A stretch of DNA of 64,000 nt from Candidatus Saccharimonadota bacterium (lineage in GTDB: Bacteria; Patescibacteriota; Saccharimonadia; Saccharimonadales; UBA4665), in contig DAIDKK010000001.1 of NCBI GenBank assembly GCA_027450065.1, positions 13,438 through 77,437 on the forward strand, written 5' to 3'. The stretch's first letter is position 1; the number at the start of each line of letters is the position of its first letter. Under the pieces are notes generated by a model. The model made no database searches. It was not told the DNA's origin and saw only the letters and a list, made by a program, of their open reading frames with translations. Below, piece by piece: positions 10,329-19,121 of the stretch. The position numbers and the translations under genes were made by a program.

Positions 10329-11156
10329 ATGAAAAGGGGTGGCCTCGCGGATTCAGCACAGGGGTTTACGATTGTTGAAACACTTATCGTACTTGCCGTC
10401 ACGAGTATGCTCTTTGTTTCGGTTGCCCTGCTAATTAATGGGCGCCAAAACAGAACTGATTTCTTAGTGGGTGTACGCAGTTTACAGCAGCAGTTCCAGC
10501 AAATCATTAATGAGACGATTAGTGGGTATTATCCGAACAACGGTAATTTTAGCTGTAGCGTTGCCGGACCACCACTATCGATTATCTCTGGATCAACTGC
10601 ACAGGGCAAGAACCAAGATTGTATCTTTGCGGGCAAGGCCATTGTCGTGGGAGGAGCAGCTCATCTCAATAATTACAGTGCCTATCCGCTTGCGGGCAGG
10701 CGGGCAATCAATGGGGCAGACGTAAAAACACCACAAGAGGCTCGTGTTACTGCGATTGCCCAAAGCACTGCCAACCCCCAGGCGCCGGTTGTCGGTTTGG
10801 TGAAATTGCCGAATAATCTTGTGTATAGTAAGGCCCGGCTCGCAAATTCCCCATCCTGGACAACAGGGACCTTTGCAGTGGCATTTTTGAGTAGCTTTGG
10901 GAATTTCCAGGGCACGATAAATACAACTGGGTCACAGCAGCTAAATCTGGCCTCTTATTCGAGCTGGAGTTCTAGTATGTCTGATGCCGATAATATTAAT
11001 ACCGAGGCAAACAGGGGAGCACTACAATACCCAATCGCTTCGTCGGGCGTTGAGTACTGTTTCAATAGTGGCGGGACAGCGCAGTCTGTCATAATCGCTA
11101 TTAGTGCCGGCTTGGCAGTGACGACAAATGTAAAAACGGGGCTCAATTGTCCATGA
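10329..11156 (+). CDS. Minor pilin
   Basis: QG|FTIVETLIVLAV prepilin motif. Confidence 0.85.
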   Translation: MKRGGLADSAQGFTIVETLIVLAVTSMLFVSVALLINGRQNRTDFLVGVRSLQQQFQQIINETISGYYPNNGNFSCSVAGPPLSIISGSTAQGKNQDCIFAGKAIVVGGAAHLNNYSAYPLAGRRAINGADVKTPQEARVTAIAQSTANPQAPVVGLVKLPNNLVYSKARLANSPSWTTGTFAVAFLSSFGNFQGTINTTGSQQLNLASYSSWSSSMSDADNINTEANRGALQYPIASSGVEYCFNSGGTAQSVIIAISAGLAVTTNVKTGLNCP

Positions 11157-11581
11157 TAGGTTTTATGAAACTACTGGCAAGAAATACGAATCGTTCTCAT
11201 CGTGAGCGTGGAGACACTATTATCGAGGTACTGATAGCGATAGGTATCGTGAGCCTTGTACTGACCTCTGCGTATGCACTTACAAACCGAAATATACAGA
11301 TTAGCCAAGAAGTTCAAGAGCAGGCCTATGCGCAGAAGTTGGTAGAGCGTCAGGTAGAGCTGTTGCGTGCAGTTCCTATAAAACCTACGATGGACGGCTG
11401 CTTTAATACGAGTGGGTTGCCCGTAAGTGGTCCAGCATGTCAGGTTACTAATGGCGGAGCTAGCTATACGCTCTTGGTGCATCCACTTGCTTCGGCTAGC
11501 CAATATAGCGTGCAAGCAATATGGCAGACTCTTGATGGCAAGACTGCAAACGTAACAGTGTACTATCAGGTGGCGTCATGA
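11153..11581 (+). CDS. Minor pilin (PilV-like)
   Basis: ERG|DTIIEVLIAI prepilin motif with Asp at +1; ATGA overlap with the previous gene. Confidence 0.8.
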   Translation: MIGFMKLLARNTNRSHRERGDTIIEVLIAIGIVSLVLTSAYALTNRNIQISQEVQEQAYAQKLVERQVELLRAVPIKPTMDGCFNTSGLPVSGPACQVTNGGASYTLLVHPLASASQYSVQAIWQTLDGKTANVTVYYQVAS

Positions 11582-12210
11582 CTCATAGGAATACTCCAAC
11601 CAAAGAATCAGGTTTTACTATCGTGGAGTTGATGATAGCTACGCTTGTCTTTTCGGTTATCCTCACTGTTATCACTGTTGGCGTCATGTCATTTACGAAT
11701 CGATACTACAAGGGTGCAAATGTCTCAACGACCCAAAATGCCACCCAAAGCATGCTGGACACCATTACTCAGGCTATCCAGTTTGGATCTGCAATTGTGC
11801 AACCCACTTCTGCGACTACTAATTACTTTTGTGCGGGTGGCTATGCATTTACGTACGATAAGGGCGTCTTATACACTGGTTCGCAAACGGGATTCTACAT
11901 GGCACCTATGGGTAGTACCTGCGCGCCAACTACCACAGGCGGAAAGCAATTACTTGGTACGAATATGCGCATAACGAACCTTTCGGTTGTCAATATTGAT
12001 GCCAGCGAGCATCTCTACAGTGTATCTATGACGGTCGCATTTGGGGCAAATGATTTGCTCTGTTCTCCAGCACAGGGTAACTGCTATGGCAGTGCGGGCA
12101 TGACGACTTTTTGGCCTGTCGCAGATGTACGATGCAAAACAACAACTGGTTCGCAGTTCTGTGCCGTGAGTACGCTCACAACAACGGTTGAACAAAGGAT
12201 AGGCAGCTAA
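11578..12210 (+). CDS. Minor pilin (PilW-like)
   Basis: ESG|FTIVELMIAT motif; Cys-rich C-terminus. Confidence 0.85.
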   Translation: MTHRNTPTKESGFTIVELMIATLVFSVILTVITVGVMSFTNRYYKGANVSTTQNATQSMLDTITQAIQFGSAIVQPTSATTNYFCAGGYAFTYDKGVLYTGSQTGFYMAPMGSTCAPTTTGGKQLLGTNMRITNLSVVNIDASEHLYSVSMTVAFGANDLLCSPAQGNCYGSAGMTTFWPVADVRCKTTTGSQFCAVSTLTTTVEQRIGS

Positions 12211-12238
12211 TAAAGTGTCGTGTACAATGAGAATAAGC

Positions 12239-13270
12239 ATGAAAGCTATTCAGAATAAAGATCAACGTGGGCTTGTTTCTTTTATGATTACATTAATCAT
12301 GATGCTGGTCATATCCTTGATTGTTATAGGTTTTACGCAAGTTACCAATAGAAATCGACGCGAACAGCTTGATAGGCAACTAAGCATGGAGGCCTTTTAT
12401 GCCGCGGAATCCGGTGTAAACGCTGCGGCAAGTATCGCAAAGGCAAGCCTTTTAACCCCCCAGGGTGTTGCTGCACAGACAACGTGCAGCGGTTCAAAAT
12501 ATCCAGCGACCCCACTCAGCATTAATCCTTCGGTGGGTTATACCTGCGTGTTGGTTACGCCGAATGTCCCTAGTATCGTTACGAATGCAAATCCCCTCAC
12601 GTCATCGATATTTCCATTAGTACCGGTTGATAGTGCCGGGAATGCGGTTACCCCAACGCAGCTGACTTTTAGCTGGAGTACGGCACAGGGAACGTCGGCT
12701 ACGAGTAGCGGCTGTCAGACGTATGGGCAATTTCCGAAGAATGACGCAAGCTATACGTGCCCGTTTGGTCTGCTGCGTGTTGATCTCATGCTAGGTAGCG
12801 GTGGCGGGGGTGGGGGGTCTGCTGCTGTATTTGCGGCACGGACCGTAACGCTCTACATGCAACCACTGGCATCAGGAGGCTCTGTGCAAACCATCAATAA
12901 CTTTAGTGCACCCAAGGGGCTTATCGTTGGCTCCCAGTATAACTCAACTACTAAAACATATACTGCAACGGTTAATCTTGCTCCTGCTGCCCAGTCAAAC
13001 CAATATTATATGCGTATCACCACATTCTACCGTGATTCGCCGAGGATAGTGATAGCTGGAACAAATGCTGCCGGGGCTATCAATTTTGCTGATGCCCAGG
13101 CCATCATTGATGTAACTGGTAAAGCACAGGACGTTTTACGACGAGTGCAGGTTACGCTACCCCTTAACCAGTACACTAGCATCACGCCGGAAGGCGCAGT
13201 CCAATCTGTCGCAGGTGTCTGCAAACAGTTCTCGACATACAGTGGTTACTATCAATCAAATTGCCCGTAG
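12239..13270 (+). CDS. PilX-like minor pilin
   Basis: QRG|LVSFM lacks Glu5, followed by AFYAAESG (PilX N-terminal motif). Confidence 0.85.
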   Translation: MKAIQNKDQRGLVSFMITLIMMLVISLIVIGFTQVTNRNRREQLDRQLSMEAFYAAESGVNAAASIAKASLLTPQGVAAQTTCSGSKYPATPLSINPSVGYTCVLVTPNVPSIVTNANPLTSSIFPLVPVDSAGNAVTPTQLTFSWSTAQGTSATSSGCQTYGQFPKNDASYTCPFGLLRVDLMLGSGGGGGGSAAVFAARTVTLYMQPLASGGSVQTINNFSAPKGLIVGSQYNSTTKTYTATVNLAPAAQSNQYYMRITTFYRDSPRIVIAGTNAAGAINFADAQAIIDVTGKAQDVLRRVQVTLPLNQYTSITPEGAVQSVAGVCKQFSTYSGYYQSNCP

Positions 13271-13301
13271 TTTGAGGTAAGTACTCAGATAAGCCCCACT
13301 G

Positions 13302-14210
13302 CTACATATGATGAAATTTCTCATGTACAGCGCGGAGATGCGGATCAGTCACATGTGTATAAATTTGTGTCGTCGAAATATTACTATGCCCAAGCATGGC
13401 CTGAACGGAGCGTAAATCGGCGCCATTCATCAAGAGGTTGGTTGCAAAACTATGCCGCATGGTATGAGGGCTAACGTGCTTCGTGATACCAGCGAGCAGG
13501 GCATAGTGTGCGACAAGTCTTTGTACGCTCCGAGCAGTGAGCCGGTGGTAATTGCCAGTCCGGTCTACAGTCTTGCGCCCACCATACCGAATGAAAAGTG
13601 GTTTAGTGGTGTCGGTACGCTTATCAAGATAGTCCTGTATCCACTTTGCTGCCTCAGTACTTATAAATACCGGCCGATCTTTTTGCCCTTTGCCCCTTAC
13701 CGTGAATTCACGTCGTTTGAGGTTAATATGATCCCGGTCGAGTCCAACCAGCTCAGAGACACGTAGGCCCGAGCTGAATAGCAACTCGAGTATGGCTCGA
13801 TCACGTAGCCCTGCGAGTGTATTGGGGTCTGGTTGTGCGAAAAGCCTCGCCAACTCATCTTCATTTAGAAACGTAACCTGCGGTCTGCGCGTGCGTGATA
13901 ACTCTATCGTATCGGGCGCCAGGCAGGGGATATTGCGCTTATGGCAAAATTTCAAGAAACTGCGTAGTGCGATAAGGTGGTAATTGAGTGTTGATTTTTG
14001 AAGCTCATCGTTCATATTGGTACCAAGGCGATTCAGCCAAAGGCGCCATTTACGTACAAGCTCTTGATTAATGTCCTCAACATTGATGTCGCCACCGTAG
14101 TCACTCAGGCGAGTGAGGTAGTGATCGTAATTTGCAATGGTTTTTTGTGATCTATTTTGTTCGATCTCTAGATACTCCAAGAAATCCGTTTTAGCTTTCG
14201 TAAATAACAT
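13302..14210 (-). CDS. Xer-family tyrosine recombinase (XerC/D/A-like)
   Basis: Catalytic set SSGLRVSE, GKGQKDR, HTMRHSFAT, LGHSNISTTQIY; N-terminal SAM-like domain. Confidence 0.93.
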   Translation of the reverse strand: MLFTKAKTDFLEYLEIEQNRSQKTIANYDHYLTRLSDYGGDINVEDINQELVRKWRLWLNRLGTNMNDELQKSTLNYHLIALRSFLKFCHKRNIPCLAPDTIELSRTRRPQVTFLNEDELARLFAQPDPNTLAGLRDRAILELLFSSGLRVSELVGLDRDHINLKRREFTVRGKGQKDRPVFISTEAAKWIQDYLDKRTDTTKPLFIRYGGRKTVDRTGNYHRLTARSVQRLVAHYALLAGITKHVSPHTMRHSFATNLLMNGADLRSVQAMLGHSNISTTQIYTHVTDPHLRAVHEKFHHM

Positions 14211-14297
14211 ATGCATGTATTGTAGCATCATATTGTGCGACGTTGGCTTTTTGTTCTGTATCTGTTACAATGGCCACAAAAGAAAGGAATACTATAT

Positions 14298-14810
14298 ATG
14301 GAAAGAACATTAGTCGTGTTTAAGCCGGATGCTGTCATGCGCGGTATTGTGGGAGAGGTACTCACACGCTTTGAGCGTGCTGGCTTTAAGATTGTGGGGA
14401 TGAAAATGTTGCAGCCTGATTACGACCACTTCTTTCAGCACTATGAGGGGATTGGCACGCTCAAAACACGTAAAGGTTCAGAAATATTTGAAGCCCAACT
14501 TGCCACTATGCAAATGAGCCCTGTTATCGCTATGGTTCTGCAGGGTGTCGAGGCTGTTGAGTTTGTGCGCAAGATGGTAGGCGATACCCAGCCAAAATCT
14601 GCAATGCCGGGCACCATCCGAGGCGATTATGCACATGTTAATTATGCACAATCTGCCGAAGCTGGATTGGGCGTACCAAATATTGTGCACGCTTCTGCCA
14701 CGAAGCAAGAAGCAGACCAGGAAATTGCTCATTGGTTTGCGGACAGTGAACTATATGAGTATCAGACTGTACATGAACAGTTCACTCAGCCAAGCAAAAA
14801 GAAAAGGTAG
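14298..14810 (+). CDS. ndk: Nucleoside diphosphate kinase
   Basis: MERTLVVFKPDA, PGTIRGDY, NIVHAS. Confidence 0.95.
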   Translation: MERTLVVFKPDAVMRGIVGEVLTRFERAGFKIVGMKMLQPDYDHFFQHYEGIGTLKTRKGSEIFEAQLATMQMSPVIAMVLQGVEAVEFVRKMVGDTQPKSAMPGTIRGDYAHVNYAQSAEAGLGVPNIVHASATKQEADQEIAHWFADSELYEYQTVHEQFTQPSKKKR

Positions 14811-14844
14811 ACTATCTTTATTGAGTACATTATGTACTCAATAT

Positions 14845-14919
14845 GCCCCCATAGTTCAATGGATAAAATAACTCCGTCCTAAGGAGGAGCTCTAGGTTCG
14901 AATCCTGGTGGGGGCACCA
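14845..14919 (+). tRNA. tRNA-Arg(CCT)
   Basis: GCCCCCA...TGGGGGC-ACCA; anticodon loop GT-CCT-AA; GGTTCGAATCC. The D and anticodon stems are slightly non-canonical. Confidence 0.85.
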
Positions 14920-14962
14920 ATTAATTCAGATAACTTACGTGTAGGTTTGATACAATATAAAC

Positions 14963-15529
14963 ATGGTAAAACTCTCGGAGAGTGCTAAATTAGCTGGCAA
15001 AGCTAAATACTTTGCAGATCAATTTGAGGATGAAGGGGTACTGTATGTTTTTCGTAAACACCCCATTGTCATGCGTAAGGGTCTCGTCCTAGGGTCTCTG
15101 GGGTTGCTGGTTGGGCCTCTCTATACCCTTATTCTCACGTATACAAATACGGCCACGCCACCGACAATGACATTTTTCTATCTGAGCTTTCTTGTGAGCA
15201 TAGGGATAGCATTACTTTTGTTTTTCCCCTCATGGATGAGCTGGTACTTCAGCGTCTTTATCGTGACGGACCAACGCTTTATCCAAATTACGCAAAAAGG
15301 CTTCTTCAGCCGAAGCGTCGTTGACATGGGTCTTAATCAGATACAGATGGTCAATTACGAAGTTAAGGGCCTTCAAGAAACTCTACTCGGATATGGTACG
15401 ATAATGATGCAGACTTTTGTGGGGGATTTACTAATTCACTACATTCATCACCCGGCAAAGATACAGAAGCATCTGCTCGAAATCCTGCGCGATAATGGCA
15501 TTACTGCCACAACGAGATTAGTTGAGTAG
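14963..15529 (+). CDS. Bacterial PH-domain membrane protein
   Basis: RKHP, two TM helices, then IVTDQR.I...QKG.F.R...IQ.V...GL..TLLGYGTI. Confidence 0.75.
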   Translation: MVKLSESAKLAGKAKYFADQFEDEGVLYVFRKHPIVMRKGLVLGSLGLLVGPLYTLILTYTNTATPPTMTFFYLSFLVSIGIALLLFFPSWMSWYFSVFIVTDQRFIQITQKGFFSRSVVDMGLNQIQMVNYEVKGLQETLLGYGTIMMQTFVGDLLIHYIHHPAKIQKHLLEILRDNGITATTRLVE

Positions 15530-15539
15530 AGGAAAAACC

Positions 15540-16667
15540 ATGAAAAAACTTAAAAGAGTACCACTATCCAAATTACCTCACATAGCAAAAGTGCGAGTAG
15601 CCCTACCAAAGGTTGCCAAGCGTTTTCGAAAGCCGAATCTGCAGCAGCAAGCGGTTGAAGCGCTGAAGGCCGCCCCCCGAATCACTAACGAGACTATTGC
15701 TGAGCATCGTGAAATTGTGCTTAAGGGTGCCCGGAAATACAAATATCCGCTCCAGCATTCGAAACATCGTATCGTTATGGTCTCCACGGCGTTGCTAAGT
15801 GTGGGTATTATCAGCTTTTTTGTCTACACAAGTCTGAGCCTCTATAGGTTCCAGAGCACTTCCTTGTTTATGTACCATGTGACACAGATTGTACCCTTTC
15901 CAGTTGCTAGAGCGGACAAGAGCTGGGTCTCCTACGAGAGTTACCTCTTTGAGCTACGACGATATATGCACTACTACGAAACGCAGCAACAAGTAGACTT
16001 TAGTTCTACCTCGGGTAAATTCCAGCTTGATACCTATCGGCCTAAAGCGCTCCAGCAGGTTATTGATGCGGCCTACGTGAAAGAGCTTGCTGCTCAGCAC
16101 CACATACGTGTCTCGTCTGGTGAAGTGAACGATGCAATCGCAACGCTTCGGACTCAAAATCAGCTCGGAAGTAGTAACCAAGAACTCGGGAGCGTTACGC
16201 AGAAATTTTTTGGCTGGTCAATTGATGATTTGAAGCGCCAACTCAAGCAAGAGCTTCTTGCCCAGAAGGTGGCCGCTACACTTGATACTACAGCATATGC
16301 GAAAACCCAAAACGTCGTATTGCAACTTCAGAACGGAGCAGATTTTGCGACGCTGGCAGCCCAAATATCTGACGATCCTTCTACGAAGGGAAACGGCGGG
16401 CAATATAATGACCAAGCAATCACCATGAGCAGCCAAGAGGTGCCACCACAGGTTGTTCGTGAACTCATGCAAATGAAAGTAGGTGAGACATCAGGCATTA
16501 TCACCACGCCAACGTCGTTTGAGGTGGTAAAACTACTCGCTGTTGACAACGGCAAGTATAAGGCTGCGCATATTCAAATCAATTTTAATGACATTCAGAC
16601 CTACCTGCAGCCTCTCGAAAAGAAAAACCCTCCCAAGCACTTCATTAGTACAAAAGTGAAATCCTAG
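15540..16667 (+). CDS. SurA/PrsA-like parvulin peptidyl-prolyl isomerase
   Basis: TM anchor, SurA-N-like helical region, GADFATLAAQISDD.STKGNGG and AAHIQI. Confidence 0.85.
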   Translation: MKKLKRVPLSKLPHIAKVRVALPKVAKRFRKPNLQQQAVEALKAAPRITNETIAEHREIVLKGARKYKYPLQHSKHRIVMVSTALLSVGIISFFVYTSLSLYRFQSTSLFMYHVTQIVPFPVARADKSWVSYESYLFELRRYMHYYETQQQVDFSSTSGKFQLDTYRPKALQQVIDAAYVKELAAQHHIRVSSGEVNDAIATLRTQNQLGSSNQELGSVTQKFFGWSIDDLKRQLKQELLAQKVAATLDTTAYAKTQNVVLQLQNGADFATLAAQISDDPSTKGNGGQYNDQAITMSSQEVPPQVVRELMQMKVGETSGIITTPTSFEVVKLLAVDNGKYKAAHIQINFNDIQTYLQPLEKKNPPKHFISTKVKS

Positions 16668-16745
16668 CAGCAAATAGTTGCATTCTGGCTGCTTCCTTGC
16701 TAGACTTACCTCTGTTGCAGTAATACTTTTGCACAACGGCAAAAA

Positions 16746-16825
16746 GGAAAAGAGCAGCCAAAGTTGGCGGATTAATTCCGCAACCCCGAGCGATGAGAAA
16801 AACCGTAGGTTTTCTCTTGCATCGA
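16746..16825 (+). repeat. Dispersed structured repeat family A, copy 1 (abuts tRNA-Asp 5' end)
   Basis: Alignable with 51772-51857 (+) and 18317-18368 (-); two hairpins with compensatory changes. Confidence 0.8.
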
Positions 16826-16902
16826 GGGCTCGTAGTGAAGAGGCCTATCACGTCTCCCTGTCACGGAGAAGATCGCCGGTTCGAATCCGGTCGGGCCCGC
16901 CA
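16826..16902 (+). tRNA. tRNA-Asp(GTC)
   Basis: GGGCTCG...CGGGCCC-GCCA; anticodon CT-GTC-AC; GGTTCGAATCC. Confidence 0.95.
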
Positions 16903-17046
16903 AACAAAATGCCTCATCGCAAGATGGGGCTTTTTGTTTGGGTAGACATGGTACGTGATGCGAACGGGCAAAGCCGGTGCGGACGCCAAGGAGCCGAGCG
17001 CAGAAGTTTACTTTGAGCACGGTGACTGCGTATTGCTCATGCAACC

Positions 17047-17115
17047 ATCCGGTCGGGCCTACCAAGAATAAAATGACCCATACCAAAAAAGAGTATGGGT
17101 CATTTTTCTTTGGGC
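17047..17115 (+). repeat. Duplicated tRNA-Asp 3' end plus hairpin
   Basis: atccggtcgggcctacca versus tRNA atccggtcgggcccgcca (16885-16902); followed by aaaatgacccatac...gtatgggtcatttt. Confidence 0.85.
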
Positions 17116-17176
17116 CAACCTGTCAGGGGGGTGCATATATATTGACTAAAATCCATTATTATGATTATATAAATAT

Positions 17177-17674
17177 ATGTCAGAAAGAATGCCTCAAAAT
17201 CCCGAAGCTTCGAAGCAGACCGTTGTAGACCTATACGATGAAGCTGCTCATTATCTTGAAACAATGCTCGGGGCGGGGCGTGCCGTGATTGAACCCGCAG
17301 CATCGCCGTACCGGTTAAGGGTAAGCTGCGACGTGGTGGCACTAAATGGGAAGACTCTTCATCTCGAATACGACAGAGCACGTGATGAAGATAATCCAAC
17401 GGAAGTTGATGAAGATGTGCCCCTAACTTTTGCAGATGAGGCGAGTATTAATCACTGGTGGACCCCCATTAGCGTACGAGTTTATGATGCACAGGGAAGT
17501 CTACTGCATGCGTATGATGTCTCTACTGCGGAAGATGTTAATACCGCAATTGCATATGACAGAAAAGGTATAAAGGACCCGCTAACAGGTGATTTGCCAA
17601 CGATTACCGCGCTCGACGCCCGTGAGATAATGGCGCATCTAGAATGGGCGCTCGATCCCCAAGATCAGCTGTAG
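17177..17674 (+). CDS. Hypothetical acidic protein
   Basis: 165-aa ORF between the tRNA-Asp repeat and mscL; no recognisable motif. Confidence 0.6.
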   Translation: MSERMPQNPEASKQTVVDLYDEAAHYLETMLGAGRAVIEPAASPYRLRVSCDVVALNGKTLHLEYDRARDEDNPTEVDEDVPLTFADEASINHWWTPISVRVYDAQGSLLHAYDVSTAEDVNTAIAYDRKGIKDPLTGDLPTITALDAREIMAHLEWALDPQDQL

Positions 17675-17700
17675 CTCTATTCCCGAACTGGCATAATCGT

Positions 17701-18117
17701 TTACTTATGGGTGGGTTTACTTACTGATCCACAGTACTTGCAGCGTTTTGCTGCGGCCGGGATAGCACTCAGGCATTCAGGACATTGGCGTTCGGCAGGG
17801 GTCTCAACCTCTTCACCTGGCTTCATGTGGGACATGAGTTTATTCAATGGGGCCACAACAAAGAAGAATATGACAGCCGACAAAATCAGAAATGACACAA
17901 TTGCGTTCAGGAAATCACCATACAGGAATGTACTGTGATTGATGGTGAAACTAAGTCTGGAAAAATCAGGCTGTCCACCAATAGCGGCTATCAGCGGGGT
18001 AATGAGCCCCTTGACCATACTCGTAACGACTGCGCCGAAAGCAGCGCCGATCACAACGGCAATAGCTAGATCAACAACATTACCGCGCAGCACAAATTTC
18101 TTAAAGTCTTTTAGCAT
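17701..18117 (-). CDS. mscL: Large-conductance mechanosensitive channel with C-terminal Zn-ribbon
   Basis: LKDFKKFVLRGNVVDLAIAVVIGAAF, YGDFLNAIVSFLI; tail CPEC...CKYC. Confidence 0.93.
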   Translation of the reverse strand: MLKDFKKFVLRGNVVDLAIAVVIGAAFGAVVTSMVKGLITPLIAAIGGQPDFSRLSFTINHSTFLYGDFLNAIVSFLILSAVIFFFVVAPLNKLMSHMKPGEEVETPAERQCPECLSAIPAAAKRCKYCGSVSKPTHK

Positions 18118-18237
18118 GTTCACTCTCCCTTATGCTTACTCGTTGTATTGTATCGCGTGTAAATGATGGGTCAAGGGGTTTGTGTGGCGGTTGTATCTGG
18201 TATAATAATGTCGCTGAGGCATATACGAACAGTATAA

Positions 18238-18313
18238 GCCACCTTAGCTCAGTTGGTAGAGCGACACATTCGTAACGTGTAGGTCGCCAGTTCGATCCTG
18301 GCAGGTGGCTCCA
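18238..18313 (+). tRNA. tRNA-Thr(CGT)
   Basis: GCCACCT...AGGTGGC-TCCA; anticodon TT-CGT-AA. Confidence 0.95.
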
Positions 18314-18316
18314 TTA

Positions 18317-18368
18317 TAATGAGACAAAACCAAATGGTTTTTTCTCATCGCTTCGCTGCTCTTTTTCC
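18317..18368 (-). repeat. Dispersed repeat family A, short inverted copy
   Basis: Reverse complement is ggaaaaagagcagcgaagcgatgagaaaaaaccatttggttttgtctcatta. Confidence 0.72.
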
Positions 18369-18438
18369 TAAAATGGTGTTACAAAAACGAAGTGAATTCG
18401 TCTTTGTAACAGATGTATAGGCGGCCACCAGCCGATAT

Positions 18439-18555
18439 AAAATTTCAATCCAAGGAGCGAAGTCGAATGAATGGAATTTTAAGATGAAGAGCATAGGCTT
18501 AGGCCGAAGCTTTTGCCGAGAAGGCAAAACGAGGCAGGGCTGCAGGCTCTGACGA
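18439..18555 (+). repeat. Dispersed structured repeat family B, copy 1 (abuts tRNA-Gly 5' end)
   Basis: Colinear with the reverse complement of 29121-29235; identical core TAGGCCGAAGCTTTTGCC; ends GACGA at tRNA +1. Confidence 0.85.
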
Positions 18556-18630
18556 GCGGGTGTCGTATAACGGCCATTATGCAGCCTTCCCAAGGCTGAG
18601 ACGGGGGTTCGACTCCCCCCACCCGCACCA
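18556..18630 (+). tRNA. tRNA-Gly(CCC)
   Basis: GCGGGTG...CACCCGC-ACCA; anticodon TT-CCC-AA. Confidence 0.95.
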
Positions 18631-18758
18631 ATAGAAATTCCTTAGCCATCGACTGGGGTATTTCTATGGCTAGGGCTGAAATGAATGCGAGCCCCAGTAG
18701 CGACCTGGCCAAACCTTACACTATGCCTCTCAGTCTGCTACAATAATCGTCAGCATTT

Positions 18759-19118
18759 ATGACGGGCAAAAAACACTTCATTCAAGATCGCAGCGCTTTA
18801 TTACTGGTGAGTACGAACGCATTTTTGGCGCTCGCGGCCGTGGTACTTATATCTCTTAAGCTGAATGCCAGCAAAGGTACTGTTAACTATATCGTGTCGT
18901 ACCGGGCATCACTCGGCATAGACAGCTATGCACAAGGAACATTTTGGGACATTATGAGCTTTATTGTCGCGGCGGTGCTTATCCTGACCCTAAGCGTACT
19001 ACTTGCAGTCCGTACCTATCATATTAAACGGGAGCTTTCTATGGCGGTACTCATACTTACCATTCCGCTTCTTGTCCTTTTGATAATTGTCAGCAATGCA
19101 TTGCTCATTTTGCGATAA
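18759..19118 (+). CDS. Hypothetical 3-TM membrane protein
   Basis: Three hydrophobic segments; co-oriented with the glycosyltransferase. Confidence 0.7.
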   Translation: MTGKKHFIQDRSALLLVSTNAFLALAAVVLISLKLNASKGTVNYIVSYRASLGIDSYAQGTFWDIMSFIVAAVLILTLSVLLAVRTYHIKRELSMAVLILTIPLLVLLIIVSNALLILR

Positions 19119-19121
19119 GCT

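Noticed and set aside
2080..13270. Absence of PilQ secretin as a novelty
   Set aside because: This is expected for CPR bacteria, which lack an outer membrane.
13302..14231. Recombinase as a prophage/island integrase or pilin shufflon invertase
   Set aside because: It has Xer-type size and motifs and housekeeping neighbours. I saw no phage genes and no inverted pilin cassettes or repeated crossover sites.
16678..17399. Overlapping small ORFs around tRNA-Asp
   Set aside because: They are explained by the tRNA and repeat DNA and show no coding features.
18549..18555. CTGACGA resembling a hammerhead core in repeat B copy 1
   Set aside because: It is not conserved in copy 2 (TCGACGA), and no matching GAAA/stem arrangement is present.
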